Positions 9,740 to 19,307 of a stretch of DNA of 64,000 nt are shown here, piece after piece. Position 1 is the stretch's first letter, and each line of letters opens with the position of its first letter. Source of the stretch: Planctomycetota bacterium. GTDB lineage: Bacteria > Planctomycetota > PLA2 > JAEUHO01. The stretch is from positions 13,233-77,232 of the forward strand of contig CBDCWP010000009.1 in assembly GCA_965223505.1 (NCBI GenBank), given 5' to 3'. The notes beneath the pieces are model-generated. The model ran no database searches, was not told where the DNA came from, and saw only the letters and a program-made list of their open reading frames with translations. The position numbers were made by a program, and so were the translations under genes.

Positions 9740-10501
9740 TCACTCCGGCAGCACGCCGGGCCCCAGGCCCGAGAGTTGAATGCCGCCGAACACGGCGGAA
9801 ACGGGCGCATGCTGCGCCGGCTCGAGGTCCATGTCCGCAGGGATCTCGCACGCCACGGCATGCGTGCGCAGTGCCGCGTTGCAAAGAACCAGATCGGAAC
9901 GCAGCCCGCCGCCGAAGGAGGGGCGTTCGGTCCCACGCACCATCAGATCCTCGAAGCCAGCGCGGCGAAGCGCGCCCAGCGCAGCACGTTCCCGATCGTG
10001 CGCGCCGAGCCGGCCGGCCCAGTGCTCGCGGTCCACGATCTCGTCGCCGCGGGGGGAGACGCCGAGGTCGCCGGCGATCACGACGCGCCCCTCATCGGCC
10101 GCCAACGACCGCGCGTGCGCCTCGAGTCCGCTCAGGAATCGCAGTCGCGCTTCGAGTCGTTCCTCGAAGCGCGGATGCCCTTGCGCCAGCCCGACCCCGT
10201 CCGGCGCCGCGGCATTGATCACCCAAACGCCGGCAACGCGCGCCGTGAACAGACCGCCTTCCGCGCTGCGCTGCACGTCGCGCGGTGGCTCGGCGCTGAT
10301 GATCGCCTGCCCTGCGCGTCCGGTACCACCCAGCAGCTTCGTGAAGTAACCGCGGTCGAACAGCGGCATCAGCGGGAACGCGCTGTCGCCGACGCCCGTG
10401 CCCTGCAGGCACAGCACCGTCGGCTGTTCCGTGTCGAGCCAGGCCAACAGATCCGACAGCTGTTTCGCAATGCCCTGCAGGCGCCAGGTCGAGATCTTCA
10501 T
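9740..10501 (-). CDS. Exodeoxyribonuclease III-like (Xth/EEP fold) protein with degenerate active site
   Basis: MKISTW...VLCLQ...GDL...LRSDLVL...QHAPV layout; ATGA overlap with the mutM stop. Confidence 0.75.
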   Translation of the reverse strand: MKISTWRLQGIAKQLSDLLAWLDTEQPTVLCLQGTGVGDSAFPLMPLFDRGYFTKLLGGTGRAGQAIISAEPPRDVQRSAEGGLFTARVAGVWVINAAAPDGVGLAQGHPRFEERLEARLRFLSGLEAHARSLAADEGRVVIAGDLGVSPRGDEIVDREHWAGRLGAHDRERAALGALRRAGFEDLMVRGTERPSFGGGLRSDLVLCNAALRTHAVACEIPADMDLEPAQHAPVSAVFGGIQLSGLGPGVLPE

Positions 10502-11346
10502 GCCCCGACCCCACGCGGCGCGCGTTGACAACGCCGGCACAGGTGCGTCCCGCGTTGCGACACGACGATGCGCGCCACCGTCGCGCCGCATCGGCGGCAG
10601 GGCTTTCCCTGCCGGCCGTACACCTGGAATTGATGTTGGTATGAGCCGGGCTGTCCCTCTGGCGTTCGATAGAACGCATCGAAGCTCGACCCCTCGCGCT
10701 CGATGGCCTGCTCGAGAATGGAGCGAATCGCGCCGTGTAGCGCCGGCACGCGCGCCGCCGGAACGCGGTCCGAACGTCGTCGTGGGTGCAGCCGCACCGA
10801 GTGAAGCGCCTCGTCGACGTAGATGTTGCCGAGCCCCGCCAGGAAGTGCTGGTCCAGGAGAAGCGGCTTGAGCATGCGCTTGCGCGTGCGCAACGCGCGG
10901 CGTAGCCACTCGACGGTGAAGTTCGCCCCAAGCGGTTCCGGACCGAGCTCGGCGAAGACGTCGTTCACGTCGCGTACGTAGGTCAGGCGTCCGAACTTCC
11001 GCACGTCCACGAACGTCAGGCAGGTGCCGTCGTCCAGGTCGAGGCGAACGCGCAGATAGGGATCGTCCTCGCGCACCGCGGGTTCGATGTGCATCCGGCC
11101 GGTCATGCGCAGATGACCGACGAGACTTCCGGCCGCGGCGCCGTCGCGCGCGAGATCGAACACGAGGTACTTGGCGCGTCGCCAGACGCGCTCGATCGTC
11201 GTGCCCCGCACCGCGTGCGAGAACCGCCGCTTCGACAGTCCGCCCAGCGTCCGCTCCCAATGGACCCGCGTTCCCTCGATGCGACGCCCGAGAAGGGGCT
11301 CTCGCAACAGGCGCACCACGGTCTCGACCTCGGGAAGCTCGGGCAT
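10498..11346 (-). CDS. mutM: Formamidopyrimidine-DNA glycosylase Fpg
   Basis: MPELPEVE, HLRMTG, LLDQ..AGLGNIYVDE, C-terminal CRRC...CRRCQ zinc finger. Confidence 0.95.
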   Translation of the reverse strand: MPELPEVETVVRLLREPLLGRRIEGTRVHWERTLGGLSKRRFSHAVRGTTIERVWRRAKYLVFDLARDGAAAGSLVGHLRMTGRMHIEPAVREDDPYLRVRLDLDDGTCLTFVDVRKFGRLTYVRDVNDVFAELGPEPLGANFTVEWLRRALRTRKRMLKPLLLDQHFLAGLGNIYVDEALHSVRLHPRRRSDRVPAARVPALHGAIRSILEQAIEREGSSFDAFYRTPEGQPGSYQHQFQVYGRQGKPCRRCGATVARIVVSQRGTHLCRRCQRAPRGVGA

Positions 11347-11355
11347 CCACCTGTC

Positions 11356-12096
11356 CTACCGCAGGAAGAAGAGGATGCCCAATCCCACCAGCGCCCACAG
11401 CACGAGCCGCGCGAACCGGTCCGGTTGCAGGCGATCGCCGACGCCGGCGCCCAGCCACGCACCCAGCGCCATCACGGGCAGATACGGCAGGCTCGTTCGC
11501 ACGGTCTCCATGTCGAGGAGCTCGGTCCCCCCCATCAACGCGATCTGCAGCGTGGCCAGAACGAAGAAGAAGGCCTGGATCGTTCCCCGAAACGCGTCCG
11601 GCGACCAACGCGCCCACGCGCCGTAGATGACCACGGGTGGTCCGCCGATGTTGAACCCCCCGCCCAGCACGCCGCCGAGGGTGCCGGCCAGCGCGGCGGA
11701 CGGGGTGTGGCCGCACACCGCGTCGTTCGCGCGCCGATTCGCGATGCGCGCCCCGAAGAGCGACCACAGCGCGGCGACCACGATCACGGCGCCCAGGACG
11801 CGCTCCAGAAGCTCGGACGGTTGCGTGTGGAGAATCGCGATCCCGACCGGAACGCCCGCCAAGCCACCGGCAATGAGGGGGATCACCGCCGACTTGATGA
11901 TCGAGCGCCGATAGCGCACGAAGAGATAGGCGTTCATGCACAGGCCGAAGAGGGCCACGAGCGGAACCGCCTGCTTGAAAGGCAGGAAGTGCGGGATGAC
12001 GCCCATGACGATCAGTCCGAACGCGAAGCCCAAGACGCCCTGCGCGAACGCCGCGAAGAGGATGACGGCGCCCAGGATCATCTGCTCCTGCGTCAC
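11356..12096 (-). CDS. TauE/SafE-family (sulfite exporter-type) membrane protein
   Basis: AFAQGVLGFAFGL and GGFNIGGPPVV motifs, multiple TM helices; start taken at the GTGA overlap with the upstream stop. Confidence 0.8.
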   Translation of the reverse strand: MTQEQMILGAVILFAAFAQGVLGFAFGLIVMGVIPHFLPFKQAVPLVALFGLCMNAYLFVRYRRSIIKSAVIPLIAGGLAGVPVGIAILHTQPSELLERVLGAVIVVAALWSLFGARIANRRANDAVCGHTPSAALAGTLGGVLGGGFNIGGPPVVIYGAWARWSPDAFRGTIQAFFFVLATLQIALMGGTELLDMETVRTSLPYLPVMALGAWLGAGVGDRLQPDRFARLVLWALVGLGILFFLR

Positions 12097-12587
12097 GATC
12101 GTCGACGCCACATCGCCCGCGCGCGCACGAGCTGAAGCGTGACGAATCCGATCACGCACCACGCGGTGAGCGCCCAGAGCATGTTGCGAACGAAGACGTA
12201 GTCGTGATCGTGCATCTGCTTGTAGACGTTGAAGAAGACGCGGCGCATCTCGTCGGCCTGCTCGGCGGGCGGCGCCGTGGAGCGAAACTCCGCGAGCGCC
12301 TCCGCGTGGGTCGTCGCCTCGTGCGTGGCACGAGCCGCGCGCACCGCACCCGCCGCCGCCACGAGCAACGGCACCGTCAGGCCGAGCTGTAACGCGAAGC
12401 GGCGTACACGGGGCCAGCGCACCTGCAGCGTCCCGAGTCCGATGATGACCGCACCCAGGAGCACGCACGCGGCTGGCAGGGTCAGGTACGCGCGGTCCAG
12501 CAGGGGCGCCGGCGTGAACACGTACGTCACTGCGACGATCAGCAGCGCCACGGAGATGAAGGCGAATTGGAGCGTCGCGATCCTCAA
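12093..12587 (-). CDS. Hypothetical membrane protein (about 4 TM)
   Basis: Hydrophobic helices, TTG start with upstream GGGAG, stop coupled to the next gene. Confidence 0.55.
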   Translation of the reverse strand: MRIATLQFAFISVALLIVAVTYVFTPAPLLDRAYLTLPAACVLLGAVIIGLGTLQVRWPRVRRFALQLGLTVPLLVAAAGAVRAARATHEATTHAEALAEFRSTAPPAEQADEMRRVFFNVYKQMHDHDYVFVRNMLWALTAWCVIGFVTLQLVRARAMWRRRS

Positions 12588-12763
12588 TCGTCACGCTCCC
12601 CATCACCGCTGTGGATCGCAGGTCCGGGCGGCGGGCCCGCGAGCGCCAGGACGTCGAGAACGGGTTCACACATCATCGGGGAGGGAGCGTAGCGTCTCCG
12701 TCCGTCCAGGCGCGAAGGGAATCGAATAGGGGCTCTTCCGCGGCCCTGATACCGTTCGCGCCC

Positions 12764-13348
12764 ATGGCACAGACACCGCCGATCTGGGATCGTTCCCGCC
12801 TGCGTTGGTTCAACGGGCTCGGCTTCGGCATCTCCTTCCTCTTGGCGATGTGGATCCTGCTGGCCTTGATCATGGTGATCCGTCCGGATCCGACACCGAG
12901 GCCCATGCCCTACCCGGTCACGTACGTGGTCGTCACGGCGGCGGCGCTCATCGCGGTCGTCGCTCTATTCGGCGTGCTGCTCTTCCGGGTGATGTGGCAC
13001 GGCCGGCACTTCTCCGAGTACAAGCCGCGGCTCTACCTGTTCTTCTGGACGTGCGCCGGCCTGCTCTTCTTCCTGTGCCAGGCCGTCATGCTATTGCGTT
13101 ACGGCTGGAAGGACTTTCCCCGGCTGGAGCCGTGGGCGTCGAGTCTGTTCTGGGCGCTCTGCTGGTTCGGACTCGGGATCTTCGGCGTCTTGGCGTACGT
13201 GAACGCCGACGTTCTGCATCACGACGAGCACGAAGACGACGAGCACGAAGACGACGAGGCGTACGACGAGCCCGACGACGACGAGCCGCCCGTCGTTCAG
13301 CCGCTCGCGTCCGGCAACGCCGAAGAGACCGAGGAGGCGATGTTCTAG
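12764..13348 (+). CDS. Hypothetical 4-TM membrane protein with His/acidic C-terminal tail
   Basis: Four hydrophobic segments followed by [23 protein letters not shown]. Confidence 0.65.
   Translation: MAQTPPIWDRSRLRWFNGLGFGISFLLAMWILLALIMVIRPDPTPRPMPYPVTYVVVTAAALIAVVALFGVLLFRVMWHGRHFSEYKPRLYLFFWTCAGLLFFLCQAVMLLRYGWKDFPRLEPWASSLFWALCWFGLGIFGVLAYVNADVLHHDEHEDDEHEDDEAYDEPDDDEPPVVQPLASGNAEETEEAMF
13221..13258 (+). repeat. 15-bp tandem repeat (about 2.5 copies) encoding DEHED units
   Basis: ACGACGAGCACGAAG x2 plus ACGACGAG. Confidence 0.8.
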
Positions 13349-13350
13349 CC

Positions 13351-13752
13351 GTGTCCGACGCCGACGAGATCCTGGAACGCACGGCCGAGATGTTCGGGAT
13401 CGGTCGCGGGACCCGGCACATCCTGCTCTGCGCGCAACAGACCAAGCCCAAGTGCGCCCCGTTCGACGCGACGACACGCGTGTGGAAGCACCTCAAAGCG
13501 CGCTTGAAGGCCCTGAAGCTCGACGGGGCGGTCACCAAGGACGGCGTTCCCTGCGTGCACCGCAGCAAGGTGGACTGCCTGCGCATCTGCCGCAACGGGC
13601 CCATCGCCGTCGTGTATCCGGAGGGCGTCTGGTACCACGGCGTGACCGTCGAGGTGCTGGATCGCATCATCGACAAGCATCTTCTGGGCGGCGTGCCGGT
13701 CGAAGAACACGTGTTCGCGCGCGATGGCCTGAACCCGCGAAGCTCGGATTGA
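13351..13752 (+). CDS. Thioredoxin-like [2Fe-2S] ferredoxin
   Basis: HILLC...KPKC...[22 protein letters not shown]...[17 protein letters not shown] upstream of GTG. Confidence 0.85.
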   Translation: MSDADEILERTAEMFGIGRGTRHILLCAQQTKPKCAPFDATTRVWKHLKARLKALKLDGAVTKDGVPCVHRSKVDCLRICRNGPIAVVYPEGVWYHGVTVEVLDRIIDKHLLGGVPVEEHVFARDGLNPRSSD

Positions 13753-13762
13753 CGCGATCGGT

Positions 13763-15085
13763 CTACAGCGTGAACGCGAAGTCCTCGACGAGCGCGCCGG
13801 GGACGCGACCGCTGTCCGTCGAGCGGCCGCCGTACGTGTCCGACGCGAGGATCCAATCGCGTTCCTTCGTGAGCCCGACCAGGTTGTCGCCCAACATGCG
13901 GTAGATCGTCTCGTCGAACCGCATCACGTCGAGCGGCGCCACGATCCGTCCCTCTTCGACCCAAAACGTTGCGAAGCGCGTCATGCCGGTCGTGCGGCAG
14001 GCGCTTCGGTCGGAGTAGTTCAGATACCAGACATTGCCGATGTAGATTCCGGTGCCGAGCGCTTGCAGCACGTCCGCCTGCGCGATCTCGCCGGGCCCCA
14101 TGTCGATGGAGAGCGGCGACTCGTGGGCCGACGCGCCGTTCGTCGGCACGTCGTATTCCTGCGCCGAGCGCGGCGACACGAGCCAATCGGTAAGCTTGCC
14201 TTCGCGAATCAGATCCACGCGATCGGGGCGAAGGAACCCCTTCTCCTGGAAGTTCGGCGCGGTGCCCTCGGCGGTGTTCTCCGACACCGTGACCGCCGGC
14301 GAAAGCGCTACGTCGCCCTCGGCGAGCTTCAGCAGCGGCGTCTGGCGCGTACGGTGCGCCTTGAGTCCGAACCCCCCCCACGCCAGGATGCCGAGGATGT
14401 CGTGCACTGCGGCCGGCGCGAGATACACGCGGTACCGGCCCGGCGCAATCGCCTTCGGCTCCCGCTTGAGCGCTTCGAGCTGCTCTCCTGCGAGGTCGAC
14501 CTTGTGCTTGAACGCGTCCGCGTCCCACGCGAAACCCGCGTACGACGACTTCACCGCCTTGTCGGCCGTGTGGTGAAAGCTCCAGTCGAAGTTGTAGCTA
14601 TGCGTGCGGTCCCAATTGCGCTGACCCAGGGAATTCGAGAACCCGGCGCAGATCTCCCCGGCTGCGTAGATGCCGACCAGATCGCGGTCCGCGGCGGCGG
14701 CTTGGATCTCCCCGACGGCACTCTCGGGGTCCGGCAGCCGGTTCTCTCCCAGCCGCTCGGTGGAGTGGACGTCGGTCGCGTATAGCAGGTACGGATCTTC
14801 GGGCAACGACGACAGCTTGCCGCGCAACTCGGTGGCGAGCGACGTCGCGCGACCGAGGTCGACCTCACGGTCGCCGGTCAGCGTCAGCATGCCGGCGGCA
14901 TGTTGGCGGCCGCGGATCCAGTCCAACGCGATCGCGCGTTGGCGGACCGAGCCGGCCTGTCGGACCTTGCCGTGGTTGAAGCGGACGAAGCTCGAGTCCT
15001 CACCCTGGAACCCGCAGGTGAATGCCTCGTCGCCCTGGAGCAGCGTCGTCAGATGATCGCTGAGCGCGTTGAAGTCGTCTTGCAC
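13763..15085 (-). CDS. PmbA/TldE-family protein
   Basis: SFVRFNHGKVRQAG, PGRYRVYLAPAA, TGMTRFATFWVE; lacks HExxxH; directly downstream of TldD. Confidence 0.85.
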   Translation of the reverse strand: MQDDFNALSDHLTTLLQGDEAFTCGFQGEDSSFVRFNHGKVRQAGSVRQRAIALDWIRGRQHAAGMLTLTGDREVDLGRATSLATELRGKLSSLPEDPYLLYATDVHSTERLGENRLPDPESAVGEIQAAAADRDLVGIYAAGEICAGFSNSLGQRNWDRTHSYNFDWSFHHTADKAVKSSYAGFAWDADAFKHKVDLAGEQLEALKREPKAIAPGRYRVYLAPAAVHDILGILAWGGFGLKAHRTRQTPLLKLAEGDVALSPAVTVSENTAEGTAPNFQEKGFLRPDRVDLIREGKLTDWLVSPRSAQEYDVPTNGASAHESPLSIDMGPGEIAQADVLQALGTGIYIGNVWYLNYSDRSACRTTGMTRFATFWVEEGRIVAPLDVMRFDETIYRMLGDNLVGLTKERDWILASDTYGGRSTDSGRVPGALVEDFAFTL

Positions 15086-15088
15086 GAT

Positions 15089-16519
15089 CTAGGCTCCGCC
15101 AAAGACTTCGATGCCCCCGAACCAGCACGTCGGAGACGCATGGCCGACGCGGACGAGCTGGTTCGGCTCGCCCTTGCCGCAGTTGGGCGTTCCCATGACG
15201 CGGAAGGTCGATTCGTCGCCGACCCCCTTCAGGTTGCGCCAGAAGCTGGCCGAGATGCCGCGGTAGTTGGAGTTCTTGACCGGCGTCGTCAGCTTGCCGT
15301 TCTCGATCAGCTGCCCGTATTCGCATCCGAACTGGAACTTGTTGCGCGAGTCGTCGATCGACCAAGAGCAGTTCGTGGCCATGAAGACGCCGCGCTCGAT
15401 GCCCGCGATCATCTCGTCCACGCCCATGTTGCCGGGCTCGAGGTTCAGGTTCGCCATCCGATCGATGGGCGGCCGGTTCCAGCTGCACGCGCGACCGTTG
15501 GCGACGCCTTCGACGCCCGTCCGCATCTGTGAGGTTCGGCCACCTAACGGACGCATCAAGATGCCGTCCTTGATGATGTACTCGCGTTTCGCCTCTTGCC
15601 CCTCGTCGTCGTAGGCGTAGCTGGCGAGCTCGTCCCGCCGTGTCGGATCGAATGTGATGTTCAGCAGCTCCGAGCCGTAGCGATACGAACCGAACATGTC
15701 CATCGTGACGAAGCTCGTGCCGGCATAGTTGCGTTCGTCCCCGAGAATGCGGTCGAGCTCGAGCGGATGACCGATCGATTCGTGGATCTGGAGGATCATC
15801 TGATCGGGCGCGAGAATGAGATCCATGGTTCCGGTCGGACAGTCGGGCGCGTCGAGCAGCTGCACCGCCTCTTCCGCGATGCGCGGCGCGTCGGTGAAGA
15901 ACCCCGAGTCGTCGAGGAGCTCCGCCCCGCCCTGGCGCGCGAGGCCCTGGCCGGCGAGTGTGCGCTGTTGGGTTTCGGTGCCGCGGTTGGCGACGACGCC
16001 CAGCCGGGGAATCAGGTACTGGAACTGTTGCCGGACACGGCCGCCCTGCGACGTCAGAAGCAGGCTGTCGGTTTGCACGTGATCGACCTGCGAGATCCAG
16101 TCGACGATCTCGTCGCGGGTCTTGAGGCGTGCGCATTGCTCGCGTAGCAGCTCGATCCGGTCGTTCAGCGCGATGTCGTTCCACGACCGCTCGACCGACG
16201 ACGCGTACTCTGCTCGCGCATCACTGCGCGGGACGGCGCCGTAGTCGGCGACGCCGCGGCCGGCCGTACGACGGGCCCATGCAAGCGCTTCGTCCGCTGC
16301 GCGTCGAAGCCCGGCGGCGGAGAGGTCGCTGGTCGCGGCATACCCCATGCCGTCCTTCTCGACGACGGTGACCATGGCGCCGACGTCGGAGCGCGTACGC
16401 ACGGGCTGAAGGACGTCCTGACGGACACACACGCTCTCGCTGCGCTCGTCGACGAGACGCAGGGTGCAGTAGTCACCGACGGGCAACAGCTCGCGAAAGG
16501 TCTGCTCGATCTGCTGCAT
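15089..16519 (-). CDS. tldD: TldD-family metalloprotease
   Basis: HESIGHPLELDR, YDDEG, RMAN, NCGKGEP. Confidence 0.9.
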   Translation of the reverse strand: MQQIEQTFRELLPVGDYCTLRLVDERSESVCVRQDVLQPVRTRSDVGAMVTVVEKDGMGYAATSDLSAAGLRRAADEALAWARRTAGRGVADYGAVPRSDARAEYASSVERSWNDIALNDRIELLREQCARLKTRDEIVDWISQVDHVQTDSLLLTSQGGRVRQQFQYLIPRLGVVANRGTETQQRTLAGQGLARQGGAELLDDSGFFTDAPRIAEEAVQLLDAPDCPTGTMDLILAPDQMILQIHESIGHPLELDRILGDERNYAGTSFVTMDMFGSYRYGSELLNITFDPTRRDELASYAYDDEGQEAKREYIIKDGILMRPLGGRTSQMRTGVEGVANGRACSWNRPPIDRMANLNLEPGNMGVDEMIAGIERGVFMATNCSWSIDDSRNKFQFGCEYGQLIENGKLTTPVKNSNYRGISASFWRNLKGVGDESTFRVMGTPNCGKGEPNQLVRVGHASPTCWFGGIEVFGGA

Positions 16520-16657
16520 TTCGATCCTCCGCCGGCGTTTCTGCCGCGAGGCCAACGGTACCACCTGGCGGGCGCCCTTCGCCCTTTGACCCTAGCGTCG
16601 CACTCGCGGACAATCCGCCGCTTCGCGAATCCACCGGACGCCTCGACCCCCCGCGAC

Positions 16658-17653
16658 ATGATCCACGTCGACGACCTCTCCAAGACGTTTTACGTCCACA
16701 AGAAAGACCCCGGGCTCATCGGTTCGTTGCGCTCGCTGTTTCACCGTCGCAAGACGGCGAAGCACGCCGTTCAGCGCGTCTCGTTCGAAGTCGCCGAGGG
16801 CGAGATCGTCGGCCTCGTCGGCGCCAACGGCGCGGGCAAGACGACGCTGGTCAAGATGCTGGCCGGCGTGATCCACCCCACGTCGGGAGAGGCGCGCGTC
16901 CTGGGACATCGGCCCTGGGAACGCGACAACGAGTTCCGACGGCGGATCGCGTTGATCATGGGCCAGAAGGCGCAGCTCTGGTGGGACCTGCCCGCCGCCG
17001 ACTGCTTCCTCTTGCTCAAGGAGATCTACCGCATTCCGGACGATCGGTACCAGCAGACCCTGGACTACCTCTCGTCGGTGCTCGAGGTCGGCGACGAGCT
17101 CAACGTGCAGATCCGGCGGCTTTCGCTTGGCGAGAGAATGAAGATGGAGCTGATTGCGGCGCTCTTGCACAGTCCGCGCGTCGTCTTCCTCGACGAGCCG
17201 ACGATCGGCCTCGATCTCACCGCGCAACGAGCGATACGCGACTTCATCCTGGAGTATCGGGAGAGACACCGGCCCGCGATGATCCTCACGAGCCACTACA
17301 TGGAGGACATCCAGCGGCTCTGCAAGCGCATCATCATCATCCGGGACGGGGTCTTCGTGTTCGACGGCTCGCTCGACGAGGTGGTGCGCCGCTACGCGAA
17401 GCAGAAGCTGATCACGGTGCATCTCCGCAAGGGCGACGGCGCCCCGCCGTCGACCGGTGCCTGGTCGCACCTGGGCGAGATCGTGGAGTGCGACGAGAAT
17501 CAACTCTGCGTGCGTGTCCCGAGGGACGAAGTGGCGCACGCCTCCGCCGCCCTGCTCGAGGGCCTTCCGGTGCTCGACCTCTCGATCCAGGAGGAGGACG
17601 TCGGCACCATCATCGAACACATCCAGCAGGGGCGGGAAGAGGCGGTCGGATGA
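16658..17653 (+). CDS. ABC exporter ATP-binding protein
   Basis: GANGAGKT, LSLGERM, FLDEPT, TSH. Confidence 0.92.
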   Translation: MIHVDDLSKTFYVHKKDPGLIGSLRSLFHRRKTAKHAVQRVSFEVAEGEIVGLVGANGAGKTTLVKMLAGVIHPTSGEARVLGHRPWERDNEFRRRIALIMGQKAQLWWDLPAADCFLLLKEIYRIPDDRYQQTLDYLSSVLEVGDELNVQIRRLSLGERMKMELIAALLHSPRVVFLDEPTIGLDLTAQRAIRDFILEYRERHRPAMILTSHYMEDIQRLCKRIIIIRDGVFVFDGSLDEVVRRYAKQKLITVHLRKGDGAPPSTGAWSHLGEIVECDENQLCVRVPRDEVAHASAALLEGLPVLDLSIQEEDVGTIIEHIQQGREEAVG

Positions 17654-18462
17654 AACCCCGACTCTTCCTGCAGGTCTTCAGCATCGAGGCCCGGCGGCGC
17701 ATGAGCTACCGCGTCGATTTCTGGATCAACACCCTGGTCGGCTTCGTGGTGGAGTTCGGCGTCGCATACTTCATCGTCATCGCGCTGTTCGAGCACTCGA
17801 ATGCCGATCGCCTCGGTCCCTACACGCGCGAAGGCATGGTCGTCTACTACCTGTCGGTCCTGCTGATCGCGAAGATCGTGCGCGGCCCGGAATTCGGCGG
17901 TCACATCGCGGAGGACATCTACCAGGGGGCGTTGACCCGGTATCTGCTGTTCCCGGCCTCGTACTTCCATTTCAAGTACGCCGAGCACATGGGCGCGCTC
18001 GTCCCCTTGCTCCTGCAGGCCGTGCTGTTCGGTTGCGTCGCGGCCTTCGTGCTGACGATGCCGGACGAGCTGCGCATCACACCACTGTCGGTCCTGCTCT
18101 GCGTGATCTCGATCGGCATGGCCAACTTTCTGTACTTCCTCATGCGTCTCCCGCTGCAGGCGGTCGCGTTCTGGGCGGACAATGTCTGGAGTCTCGCCGT
18201 CATGTTGCGGTTGGTGACGTCGCTGCTCGGCGGCGCGATGGTCCCGCTCGTTCTCTTTCCGGAATGGGGACGGACGATCCTGGCGTACTTGCCGTTCCGG
18301 TTCCTCTTCGACGTCCCCGTTCGCACGCTCCTGGGGCAGATGGGATTCCAGGCGTGGGCGCAGGCCATGGCGCTCGCACTCGTCTGGTGCGTGGTCATCG
18401 GCGCGATCGGCCGTCTGGTCTGGCGTCGCGGGGATCTGCGTTACACGGGGGTGGGCATCTGA
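17650..18462 (+). CDS. ABC-2 family permease
   Basis: ATGA overlap; YRVDFW, DIYQGALTRYLLFP, PLVLFP, C-terminal YTGVGI. Confidence 0.85.
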   Translation: MKPRLFLQVFSIEARRRMSYRVDFWINTLVGFVVEFGVAYFIVIALFEHSNADRLGPYTREGMVVYYLSVLLIAKIVRGPEFGGHIAEDIYQGALTRYLLFPASYFHFKYAEHMGALVPLLLQAVLFGCVAAFVLTMPDELRITPLSVLLCVISIGMANFLYFLMRLPLQAVAFWADNVWSLAVMLRLVTSLLGGAMVPLVLFPEWGRTILAYLPFRFLFDVPVRTLLGQMGFQAWAQAMALALVWCVVIGAIGRLVWRRGDLRYTGVGI

Positions 18463-19250
18463 TGCTGCGCTACGCACGCCTCTACGCGAACTTCCTGCGC
18501 TTCTCCTTCAGTCGCGCCATGGAATTCCGTCTCGACTTCTTCTTCCGCATCGGCATGGACGCCGTCTGGTATCTCGTGCAGCTCGGCTTCTTCCGCATTC
18601 TCTACCTGCACACGCCCGTCTTCGGCGGGTGGGACTTCGATCAAGTCTTCGTCTTCGTTGCGGGCGTCTTCGTCGCCGACGCGATCCACATGACGGTCTT
18701 TGCGAACAACATGTGGTGGTTTCCCATCCTCGTGAACAAGGGCGACTTGGACTACTACCTGGTCCGGCCCGTCTCCTCGTTGTTCTTCCTGAGTCTGCGC
18801 GACTTCGCCGCCAACTCCTTCGTGAATCTCCTGATGGCGATCGGCATCCTCGTTTACGCCGTCTGGAGCTACCCGGCCGCGCTGGGTGCGGGCTCGATCC
18901 TCCTCTATCTGATGCTGCTCGGACTCGGCATCGCGCTGCACTACGTGATCCACATGGTCTTTCTTCTGCCGGTGTTCTGGATGCACGCGGGCGCGGGGCT
19001 GCGGGAGATCTTCTTCTCGCTGGATCAGTACGGCATGCGTCCCGACGGCATCTTCCGCGGCTGGATTCGGCGGGTGATCGTGACGGTCCTCCCGTTCGCC
19101 CTGATCGTCTCCTTTCCCACGCGAGCGCTCTTCGGAGGCGACCGGGCCGCGATCGTGCTCCACTCTCTGGCCGTCCTGGTCGGCGCCGCGCTGGTGCTCG
19201 GCCTCTTCTGGCGCCTGGCGCTGCGATCGTACTCGTCGGCGTCCTCGTAG
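18462..19250 (+). CDS. ABC-2 family permease
   Basis: MEFRLDFF, GDLDYYLVRPVS, C-terminal YSSASS. Confidence 0.85.
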   Translation: MLRYARLYANFLRFSFSRAMEFRLDFFFRIGMDAVWYLVQLGFFRILYLHTPVFGGWDFDQVFVFVAGVFVADAIHMTVFANNMWWFPILVNKGDLDYYLVRPVSSLFFLSLRDFAANSFVNLLMAIGILVYAVWSYPAALGAGSILLYLMLLGLGIALHYVIHMVFLLPVFWMHAGAGLREIFFSLDQYGMRPDGIFRGWIRRVIVTVLPFALIVSFPTRALFGGDRAAIVLHSLAVLVGAALVLGLFWRLALRSYSSASS

Positions 19251-19307
19251 AATTCCCGAGATTCCCGGCACCGATTCCGGTCTCCGCGGGGAGTCCTATG
19301 TGAAGCC

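Noticed and set aside
9740..11941. 733-aa ORF as a single fusion protein
   Set aside because: Only the part from ATG 10501 is Xth-like; the upstream part is an off-frame overlap of mutM and the TauE-family gene.
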